Shown piece by piece: positions 27,301 to 34,257 of a stretch of 64,000 nt of DNA. The notes beneath the pieces were generated by a model. That model was not told the origin of the DNA, made no database searches, and saw nothing but the letters and a program-made list of their open reading frames with translations. The translations under genes were made by a program, and so were the position numbers. Positions within the stretch are counted from its first letter, which is position 1, and every line of letters begins with the position of its first letter. The DNA is from Minisyncoccota bacterium (GTDB lineage: Bacteria > Patescibacteriota > Minisyncoccia > Minisyncoccales > JAGOPM01): NCBI GenBank assembly GCA_041651395.1, contig JBAZJI010000001.1:25169-89168 (forward strand), given 5' to 3'.

Positions 27301-30300
27301 TATTATTTTGGCGTGCCTCTGTCGGGTGCAAAATTCTCCTATACTGTTTCCAGCCAGAATTATTATTTTGACAAGTATGATGGCGAGTGGTTTACTTTTG
27401 GCGATTGGGGGCAGAATTATGGGGAATATTATTATGGTGATAGGTATTTGTATCGCAAAGAAGGGGTTTTAGATGAGAAGGGCAGGGCCAATATAGAATT
27501 TGATTCTGATTTAGCCAAACTCATTAAGGCTGATGACAGCTATTACAGTAAGATTATTAATTTTGATATCAATGTTTCTAATGCGCAGGGTCAAATGGTC
27601 TCTACCCAAAAGACCATTATTGTCCACGCCGGTGAGTTTTATTTAGGGGTGAAGGCCGATCCTTATTTTGCCGGCAAGGGACAGAAGTTGGCCATAAAAG
27701 CTAAAACTTTGGATTTAACGGGTAAGCCTCGCGGTATTGGTAATATTAGGGCCGAGATTTTCAGAGTTGAGTGGTTTGAGTCTAAGCGGCAAGAAGGTGG
27801 AATCTATTCTACTTCCTGGGAGAAAAAATTAACAAAGGTTAAGGAATTTTATTTTGGGACCGATAAGGATGGCAATGCCAGACAGGAATTTTCTTTAGCC
27901 CAAGAAGGTAATTATGAAATAGCAGTCAGTGCCCCAGATGGGAAAGGAAATGTTGTTCGCTCGCGCACAGATGTTTATATTTGGGGTAGTGGCCCATCTT
28001 CTATTAGGGAAGAGGCGGGAGCGGAGCTAAATTTGGTAGCGGATAAAAACGATTATAAAGTGGGCGATAAGGGAACAATTGTGATCCAGTCGCCGTTTCC
28101 TAAGGCCAAGGCCTTGGTGGCTATCGAGAGAGGGAAAGTTTTTGAATATAAAGTCATTGATGTGCTTGGCAATCTTTCCGAGTATTCTTTCGATGTCAAA
28201 AAAGAATATTGGCCGAACTTTTATGTCAGTGTTCTTTTGCAATCGCCGCAGCCCAGTGCGAAATATGCCATGAAATATTTTAATGTTGGAGGAGAGCTAA
28301 ATAAGCTCAATGTAGAGGTTAAGGCCTCTCAAACACAATATAAACCAGGAGATGAAGTCCAAATAGAAATAATCACTAGTGACAAAACCGGGGCGAGAGT
28401 TTCTGCTGATGTTTCTTTAGCGGTTATTGATTTGAGCGTGCTGGCTTTGGAGGGCAATCCCAAAAAGAATCCCCTGGTATTTTTTTACGATGGCTTTCCT
28501 TTGGGCGTTGCCACCTATTCTAATTTAGACACGTTTTTGGAGCCGGCCTCTAAGGCCTTGAGCCGGACAAAGGGTGGTTCCGGCGGCGGCGGGATGGCGG
28601 CCGATGAAGCGGCTAAGCCGCGGGGGGATTTTAGGGAAACGGCTTATTGGCAGGGCTCAATTATTACCGATAATAATGGGTATGCTAAAATTTCCTTCAA
28701 GCTTCCTGATAATCTTACGACGTGGCAAGCTGAATCTTTAGGTGTCAGTAAAGATACTAAGCTCGGAGTAGGCTATGCGCAATTTATGAGTAAAAAAGAC
28801 GTGATGGTGGTAGCCCTAAAACCACGTTTTAGCGTTCCCGGAGACCAGATGTTTTTAGGGGCGCAAATTTTCAATCAAACCAAAGAGAAATTGGATTTTG
28901 AGGTTGAGCTGTCGACGCAGGGATTGCAGATAAATGATAGCTCGTCGAAGCGAAGAGTAGCCATTGGGGCCGGCAAGTCCCAAACGGTTTACTTTAGTGT
29001 AAAATCTCCGTCAGAGCAGACGAGCGGTGCCAATTCTTTTACGATTATGGCCCGGGCGAAAAATTATTCCGATGGCGTTACACATCAAATCCCCGTTAAG
29101 GCCGATTTGACCTACGAGGTAGTGGCTACCTCCAATTATATTAAGGCTCGTTCGGTCACGGAGGTGATTTATTTGCCCGCCAACATCTCTAGTGAAGTGG
29201 GAGAGGTTTCCGTCGGGGCGGCCGCTACTTTGTCGGTTTTTATGAATAAGGCCCTAGAATCACTCATTAGCTATCCGTATGGCTGCACCGAGCAGGTTGC
29301 CGGCAAGCTGCAGGCTTTGGCTGTGGTCAAAAAATCTTTAGCCGCCGCTAATGTCGACTCGACCCTGCTAGCTAAAAAGTATCCCGGAGAAAATGGAAAA
29401 GAATATAGTGTAGAGGAAATGGTCCAAATTGGGTTGGCTAGAATATATAATAATCAACGTTGGGATGGAGGTTTTTCACTTTGGCCGAATTCCGAGGCGA
29501 GCGATTTCGCCACACTTTCTGCCTTGCAGGCTTTTAATAGTTTGAAATCTTCAGGCTTTGTGATTAACGAATCCGCCAGAGGCAAAGCGGCTGATTATCT
29601 TTACGCTAGATTGTTTAACAGTTCCGATTGCTCAAGTCAAAGCAATTTTAGTTCGTGTCAGTCGATAAGTGATGGGCATATAGTAGAAATTACTTCGGCT
29701 CTGATGGATGTCCCAAAATATGAATCGGATGCAAATCTAAAAGGGAAAATTTTGAACATCATTTCTAGTAAAGCCCGTTTACAGGATAAATTAGGTATGC
29801 ATTCTTTGGCTCAGTTGGGAATTTTGGTGAATTCTCGCGACTTTTCTCCTGAGGCTAAGAAAAAGGTTAATGATCTACTGGATAATAGTTTGATTATTGA
29901 TTCCCGCGGCGCCTTTTTGGAAGCCAGCCGTCAAGGTTACTATTACTATGACAATTCCATTTCAGATACGGCGCTTTATTTGAAATCTTTGGCTTTTGGC
30001 AAGCGCCAAGCGCCCCTATATGAGCGGGCCCTCCGCTGGGTATTAAATTCGAAAAATGCCTCCGGGGATTGGGGCTCGACGAGAAATAATTTGGATGTGG
30101 TTGAGGCCTTTGCCAGTATCATTTCTTGGCATAAAGAGAACGATGCCAAATTTGATTTTGAACTTTTAATCAATAACATTTCCCAAGCCCAAAAATCATT
30201 CGGGCCTAAAAATATTTTTGATCAGTTCAAGGCGCAGACAGCCATGAAAAAATTAAGAGTGGGCGATTATAATTTCCTAGACTTGAAAAAGAATTCCGAT

Positions 30301-30804
30301 GACGGAATGTATTATGATGTGGAGTTAAAATATTATTTGAAGGGGAGAGTTGCCCCTCGCGATGAAGGGTTTACGGTCACGCGCGCTTTTTATGCTGTTA
30401 CCGATAAGAAAAATGAATCGCCACTTTCGGATATTAAAGTTGGCGATATAGTTCGGGAACATCTGGCCTTAATTGTTCCGCAAACGCGTCGGCATGTTTC
30501 TATTGAGGATTATATTCCAGCCGGTATGGAGATTGTGGATTTAAGTCTCGCTACTGAGGATAAATCTTTACGCTTGGCCCAAAGTGAATTAAAGGGCAAT
30601 TACTTCTGGCCGGAATTCAAAGAAATCCGTGACGACAAGGCCTTTATTTACACTTCCTATTTGGAACCGGGCGAATATACGATCGATTACTTCTTACGGG
30701 CTACAAGTAAAGGTGAGTTTACCCAGTTACCGGCAATAGTTTCGGAAATGTATGAGCCGGAAGTTTTTGGCCGGACTGCTAGTGAAGTAATTAAGATACG
30801 TTAA
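24316..30804 (+). CDS. Membrane-anchored bacterial alpha-2-macroglobulin family protein with intact thioester (2162 aa)
   Basis: N-terminal TM helix (MAAIVGLIILGLGFIFF). MG-domain motifs (FYLYTDKPIYRPGQT). Gly-rich bait-like segment (SRTKGGSGGGGMAADEAAKPRGDFRETAYWQ). A2M domain (LPDNLTTWQAESLGV). Thioester GCTEQ at nt 29281-29295 (Cys ~1657). TED helices (GGFSLWPN). Starts 1 nt after the mltG stop. Confidence 0.9.
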   Translation: MENDFVPPTPDDFSSKNDLVWRMAAIVGLIILGLGFIFFPRWGLFISKKSPFDNSFNLLRIVPEKVSVSAAIRVNLPKGMSFSEAKNNISFDPPLEGSWGKGEISFVNEAASVALAAESSQVAIFKPSKKLESNRHYAVKIKLSGGQEMSSDFLAVDDPRILSIIPVNGSEAPEDSRITIAFNRPMVALTSLDVAEKREVPVEIIPVTKGEWKWLGTNTLQFRPQAGLVASANYKVRVKPGFVSEEGLAVEGAQSVFTTRNLRYVQEYNYSDNSLVYNEPFRLYFNQPIDLQKTIREIKLTSQDGGQSLEFVAKHPKIKSDGNKAEFKSGDIFSGAITQLASIFDIFSFSTQGGEEDKSIVEIYLAKDKFGREKIWDFEKNYSLSINKVYPLAGDINIKDSKFVSFKTTNVVQSINFQSPRSNLVTADLFDPQGQVILNFYEEIDLSKSKISGPNIRKIEYGKHCDPNQPQFSDCQKVDNKKQILLSFTAEKFSPGDNVMITLDSLYNFSGLRLSDDSIGYVLKVPSELKIYKVAESNLQSLKICSNNPIAEPSKEEKKNWISSNLDYELGYWSHSYREENSGEVCQLGNYVTVVGVGLMPEQRYILDLRLKDEFGQTGQGNFEVKTGAMPNNQTSLYLIQSGYKVVAQPGSAKLLYAARNLDYVNVKVCSTVFDFIKGRYSDVCLDPSSKKIDLPKKYWITKYFEVDLDEFTGGQQGFYKVIVTNPDFIEKKYICEKGNNSCTEKSVVGSIETDINLTNLAVAQKVINPVTAGSSLDGLSESQLSDLRDIFWVTKIDSQEPVGQAKVELFVSGSSRASSLTDSQGIAQIKPVPGASYALITSGNDSTVLSLNGESFNYVSDQAGKARKFYLYTDKPIYRPGQTINAKGILRVGFDGNYEILSGKNYDVVIYNSKDEAVKTESVRLNDFGTFNLSFLIPADAPLGGWRICLAASSYDCSYLDVKEYVASPFQVKAESDKEEYVSKDKARISINSDYYFGVPLSGAKFSYTVSSQNYYFDKYDGEWFTFGDWGQNYGEYYYGDRYLYRKEGVLDEKGRANIEFDSDLAKLIKADDSYYSKIINFDINVSNAQGQMVSTQKTIIVHAGEFYLGVKADPYFAGKGQKLAIKAKTLDLTGKPRGIGNIRAEIFRVEWFESKRQEGGIYSTSWEKKLTKVKEFYFGTDKDGNARQEFSLAQEGNYEIAVSAPDGKGNVVRSRTDVYIWGSGPSSIREEAGAELNLVADKNDYKVGDKGTIVIQSPFPKAKALVAIERGKVFEYKVIDVLGNLSEYSFDVKKEYWPNFYVSVLLQSPQPSAKYAMKYFNVGGELNKLNVEVKASQTQYKPGDEVQIEIITSDKTGARVSADVSLAVIDLSVLALEGNPKKNPLVFFYDGFPLGVATYSNLDTFLEPASKALSRTKGGSGGGGMAADEAAKPRGDFRETAYWQGSIITDNNGYAKISFKLPDNLTTWQAESLGVSKDTKLGVGYAQFMSKKDVMVVALKPRFSVPGDQMFLGAQIFNQTKEKLDFEVELSTQGLQINDSSSKRRVAIGAGKSQTVYFSVKSPSEQTSGANSFTIMARAKNYSDGVTHQIPVKADLTYEVVATSNYIKARSVTEVIYLPANISSEVGEVSVGAAATLSVFMNKALESLISYPYGCTEQVAGKLQALAVVKKSLAAANVDSTLLAKKYPGENGKEYSVEEMVQIGLARIYNNQRWDGGFSLWPNSEASDFATLSALQAFNSLKSSGFVINESARGKAADYLYARLFNSSDCSSQSNFSSCQSISDGHIVEITSALMDVPKYESDANLKGKILNIISSKARLQDKLGMHSLAQLGILVNSRDFSPEAKKKVNDLLDNSLIIDSRGAFLEASRQGYYYYDNSISDTALYLKSLAFGKRQAPLYERALRWVLNSKNASGDWGSTRNNLDVVEAFASIISWHKENDAKFDFELLINNISQAQKSFGPKNIFDQFKAQTAMKKLRVGDYNFLDLKKNSDDGMYYDVELKYYLKGRVAPRDEGFTVTRAFYAVTDKKNESPLSDIKVGDIVREHLALIVPQTRRHVSIEDYIPAGMEIVDLSLATEDKSLRLAQSELKGNYFWPEFKEIRDDKAFIYTSYLEPGEYTIDYFLRATSKGEFTQLPAIVSEMYEPEVFGRTASEVIKIR

Positions 30805-30805
30805 G

Positions 30806-32884
30806 TTAACGGAGGTAAATTTCGAGAGTTTCGCGCAAGTCAGAGGAAGAGGCCGAAATATCATAGTGGCCTTTTTCTTTCGGATAAAATTCCAGATTTG
30901 TTCCCGAGCCAAAAAATTTATCATTAATTTTCCATTGCGCGGGAAATTTAGAGGTAAGTTTAATAACCGTATTGTCTTCAAGGATATAAACGTCATTGGC
31001 GTGGGGGGTTAAAATCAGATCGCTGTCTAATTTAAGCATGATATTCTTTGCAAATTCAAAATTGTCACCCTTAAGACCAAAATCAGTATCTCCATTGATT
31101 TCAAAATTTTCAATGTCGGAATATTGGAAATTATCATTGGAGGCGTAGCGGCTATTGGCGAGCAGATCCATGATATCATTCCAAATCACTGCAGCCCCCT
31201 TGGCGCCAGAGAGTCCTTCGGTTTTGCTGTTATCGGCATTGCCAACCCAAACGCCCACTAAATAATTCGACGTATAACCGATTATCCAAGAGTCTTTATA
31301 ATCTTGGGAGGTGCCGGTTTTGAGCGCATAGTTTTTTGTTTGCAGGTTAAGAAGGGATTGGGCGCCAAACTGGTCTTGGGCGATTATTCTATCGGAAAGA
31401 ATTTTATTAATGAGTTGGACGTATTTTTTTTCCGCCACTTGTTTTTGTATTGGCGGAAAATATAAAGCGTTTGTCTTTGGGGATTGAAAAAGGCGGAGCT
31501 GGGAAAATTTCCCTTCATTGGGAAAAATCGTAAAATAATGAGCAAGTTTAATTAAGGGCATTTCGAGCAGACCCATAGCCATGCCTAATTGGTAATTTTC
31601 CAAAGACTGGACTGGGGGAAATTCTAATTTATTCTCTAAAAATTCAGAAAAATTATCTACGCCAACAAATTCTAAGGTTTTCAAAGCGGGAACGTTTAAG
31701 CTGTTGGCTAATGCATAATGGGCAGTGACGAGACCGTGGTATTTGTTGTCGTAATTTCTCGGGTAGTAGGGTAGGCCATCATTGGTTATGTATTTATATT
31801 CGCGGTCTTCAATTAGGGTGTAGGGCCTTTGGCCTTTTTCAAAAGCCAAAAGGTATATAAAAGGTTTAACCGTGCTACCGATAGCCCGGGGCTTTTGCAG
31901 CATATTTATTTGGTAACCCTCTTGCAGGGAATATTGATCTGGACTGCCAACCATAGAGAGCACTTCATTTTCTGGAATTTTTATCACTATTGCGGCGGCA
32001 TTTTTGGCTTTGGCGGTTTGGAGTTTAGTGATATTGCGGCTAACTATTTGGCGCACTTTATAGTCGATTTCCGCGTCGAGTGTCAGCTGTTGGCTATTTT
32101 TTTCCTCTTTCAAATAAGTTTCTAGTTCCAGCGGCAGCAAATTATTAGCATTAAATTTTTTATAATTAGCCGTGATTTGCCCAAGGTCGGGTGGTGCTTC
32201 CCAGGCTAAAGATGTTTTGTCTGCCCAGAATTTGGCGGTCGGCGCATTTTCGCCGGAAAGGGGATTAAAGTTAGAAGGATTACTAATTGTCGCTAGTAGT
32301 AAAGATATCTCTTCATCGCGAAGGTTATCGGGTGTTTTAGCAAAGTAGGCTTGGGAAGCAGTTTTAACGCCCTGTATTTGATTGCCGAAGTAAATACTAT
32401 TGCAATACATTTGAGCAATTTCGCTTTTAGGATTATAGAGGTCTAGGGCTAGGGCGAAAAATAACTCTTTGAATTTATTAGGGGCAGTTCTTTGGTTCTC
32501 TTGCGAGAGCAGAATTTTAGCTAATTGCTGAGTGATAGTACTGGAGCCCTTACGCTCTCCAAAACCAAATCTGGCGAGAAGGTCTTGTAGAGTGCTTATC
32601 GGGTTAAATCCCTTGTGCCAATAGAAATATTTATCTTCTTTGGCTACTAGGGCTTTAATTATATTTTCCGGGCATTTTCCATATTGGGTATAGTAGCCGT
32701 TTTTGTTTTTAATTAAAACGAGAGGCGTATTAAAACGATCAATAATACTGGGAGAGGAAAGTGATTGATATTCTTTAATTAGATTTTTATTGGCCATCTC
32801 CAAAGAAAATAGGAATAAGCAAACAATAATAATTAAGGCCCAGGCGAGATGGTATTGCTGTAGTTTTGGAAATAATTTTCCCAT
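30806..32884 (-). CDS. pbpC: Penicillin-binding protein 1C (bifunctional glycosyltransferase/transpeptidase)
   Basis: TM anchor. GT51 motifs EDKYFYWHKG and GSSTITQQ. Transpeptidase STVK, SLN, KTGTS. C-terminal PBP1C-type beta domain. 692 aa. Confidence 0.9.
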   Translation of the reverse strand: MGKLFPKLQQYHLAWALIIIVCLFLFSLEMANKNLIKEYQSLSSPSIIDRFNTPLVLIKNKNGYYTQYGKCPENIIKALVAKEDKYFYWHKGFNPISTLQDLLARFGFGERKGSSTITQQLAKILLSQENQRTAPNKFKELFFALALDLYNPKSEIAQMYCNSIYFGNQIQGVKTASQAYFAKTPDNLRDEEISLLLATISNPSNFNPLSGENAPTAKFWADKTSLAWEAPPDLGQITANYKKFNANNLLPLELETYLKEEKNSQQLTLDAEIDYKVRQIVSRNITKLQTAKAKNAAAIVIKIPENEVLSMVGSPDQYSLQEGYQINMLQKPRAIGSTVKPFIYLLAFEKGQRPYTLIEDREYKYITNDGLPYYPRNYDNKYHGLVTAHYALANSLNVPALKTLEFVGVDNFSEFLENKLEFPPVQSLENYQLGMAMGLLEMPLIKLAHYFTIFPNEGKFSQLRLFQSPKTNALYFPPIQKQVAEKKYVQLINKILSDRIIAQDQFGAQSLLNLQTKNYALKTGTSQDYKDSWIIGYTSNYLVGVWVGNADNSKTEGLSGAKGAAVIWNDIMDLLANSRYASNDNFQYSDIENFEINGDTDFGLKGDNFEFAKNIMLKLDSDLILTPHANDVYILEDNTVIKLTSKFPAQWKINDKFFGSGTNLEFYPKEKGHYDISASSSDLRETLEIYLR

Positions 32885-32965
32885 GGTTTTATTTTAGCAT
32901 TAACTTTGCTTAAAAAACGACCCCGGGGGGTTTGAGCCCCTCATCCTTCGGATTAAAGTTTTCAG

Positions 32966-33166
32966 GAGGGACTCGCCCTTCGGTCAAAGTCTGGTGACTT
33001 TGCCTCAGGGCCCGGCTCGCCGCCAGTCGCGGCTGCACCTTCTCGTCCCATCCTTCGTTTCATGCTAAAGCCTCAGAGGGACTCGCCCTTCGGTCAAAGT
33101 CTGGTGACTTTGCCTCAGGGCCCGGCTCGCCGCCAGTCGCGGCTGCACCTTCTCGTCCCATCCTTC
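32966..33166. repeat. Two identical 91-bp GC-rich direct repeats (32966-33056 and 33076-33166; 110-bp period)
   Basis: The two copies match base for base on direct comparison. About 66% G+C by hand count. Internal hairpins caaagtc/gactttg and gccgc/gcggc. A degenerate partial copy lies at ~32931-32965. Confidence 0.95.
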
Positions 33167-33175
33167 AGTCCCAAT

Positions 33176-33216
33176 ATAAATAAAAAATACTATTTATAAT
33201 AGTATTTTTTATTTAT
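33176..33216. repeat. Perfect A/T-rich inverted repeat (19-bp arms, 3-nt loop) abutting the tRNA-Leu 3' end
   Basis: ataaataaaaaatactatt-tat-aatagtattttttatttat. Likely a terminator or processing hairpin for the tRNA on the minus strand. Confidence 0.85.
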
Positions 33217-33217
33217 G

Positions 33218-33301
33218 TGCCGAAGGAGGGACTCGAACCCTCAAGGGCGAAAGCCCATACGATTTTGAGTCGTACGCGTATACCAGTTCCACCACTTCGG
33301 C
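33218..33301 (-). tRNA. tRNA-Leu (anticodon CAA), class II with long variable arm, CCA not encoded
   Basis: Reverse complement folds as acceptor GCCGAAG/CTTCGGC; a 3-bp D stem with GG loop; anticodon stem TACGA/TCGTA with loop CTCAAAA; variable arm TGGGCTTTCGCCCTTG; T arm GAGGG-TTCGAGT-CCCTC; discriminator A. Confidence 0.9.
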
Positions 33302-33393
33302 ATTATTAGCTTCAAAGGAAAATATAACAGCAAAAGCGAATTTTAGCAAGGCTGGGTATTGGGAATAATACTGAATAAATAAACTTGATTTAG

Positions 33394-34257
33394 ATGCGCG
33401 ATGTTGCTAAATTAAGAGCAATGGCGCGGGTTGTTTGCGTTATTAATAATAAGGGTGGCGTAGGGAAGACTAACGTCTGTGTGAATCTTTCTGCCTTTTT
33501 AGCCGCTATGGGAAAGCGTGTTCTTTTGATTGATTGTGATCATCAAGGCAACGCAACCTTTTCCGTGGGTATCAGGCCGCAAAATTTATCACTTTCCGTT
33601 TATAATGTTTTACTTGGAGAAATTAATGCTGAGGCGGTTATAAAAAGCACGAGCATTTTAGGATTTGATATCTTGCCCGCCAATCAAGCTTTAGCTGGCG
33701 CCAATGTTGAATTGGTCAGTGCGGAAAATCGGGAGTTTAAGTTAGCTGAGACTATTAAGGGTTTGGAGACTAGCTACGAATTTATTATAATTGACACACC
33801 GCCGTCTTTAGGAATTTTAACAGTGAATGCTTTATGCGCAGCTAATGAGGTTATTATTCCCATCCAAGCTGAATATTTGGCCTTGGAAGGAGTAAACCAA
33901 ATATTAGAAACTATTTCTTTAGTTCAGGATAATTTAGGGCATGAATTTAATTTTATCGGAGCGGTGTTGACTATGCATAGCCGGGGCAATGTTATTGCTC
34001 GGGAGGTTTCCAAAGAATTGACTCGAGATTTTGGCGGCTATGTTTTTGATGCCTCAATTCCGCGCCTTATTGATTTGGCAGCCGCGCCTAAATTCGGCAA
34101 ACCGATCGTGCAGTACGCCCCTAATTCTAAGGCGGCGCAAATATACAGATATTTTGCTCAAGAATTTTTACATGTTCACGAACGTTTGGCCGGCGGAGGT
34201 CAAGCGCCGGGAGAAAATATTAATAATGTTGAGACTTCTCAAACAACTCAAATATGA
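33394..34257 (+). CDS. parA: Chromosome partitioning ATPase ParA/Soj
   Basis: Deviant Walker A NNKGGVGKT, IIIDTPPS. ATG at 33421 (MARVVCVINNKGG) is an equally plausible start. Confidence 0.9.
   Translation: MRDVAKLRAMARVVCVINNKGGVGKTNVCVNLSAFLAAMGKRVLLIDCDHQGNATFSVGIRPQNLSLSVYNVLLGEINAEAVIKSTSILGFDILPANQALAGANVELVSAENREFKLAETIKGLETSYEFIIIDTPPSLGILTVNALCAANEVIIPIQAEYLALEGVNQILETISLVQDNLGHEFNFIGAVLTMHSRGNVIAREVSKELTRDFGGYVFDASIPRLIDLAAAPKFGKPIVQYAPNSKAAQIYRYFAQEFLHVHERLAGGGQAPGENINNVETSQTTQI

Noticed and set aside
28621-28629. RGD tripeptide in the A2M bait-like segment, as a possible integrin-binding motif.
   Set aside because: A three-residue motif is expected by chance in a 2162-aa protein, and nothing in the context supports it.
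32966-33166. Possibility that the direct repeats are a CRISPR array.
   Set aside because: The repeats are 91 bp with a 19-bp spacer and only two full copies. No cas genes occur in the window. This is inconsistent with CRISPR geometry.
32885-33301. tRNA-Leu plus T-arm-like repeat starts as att sites of an integrated mobile element.
   Set aside because: The shared segment is only about 10-12 nt. No integrase, transposase or phage genes flank it. Both sides are core genes (pbpC and parA).
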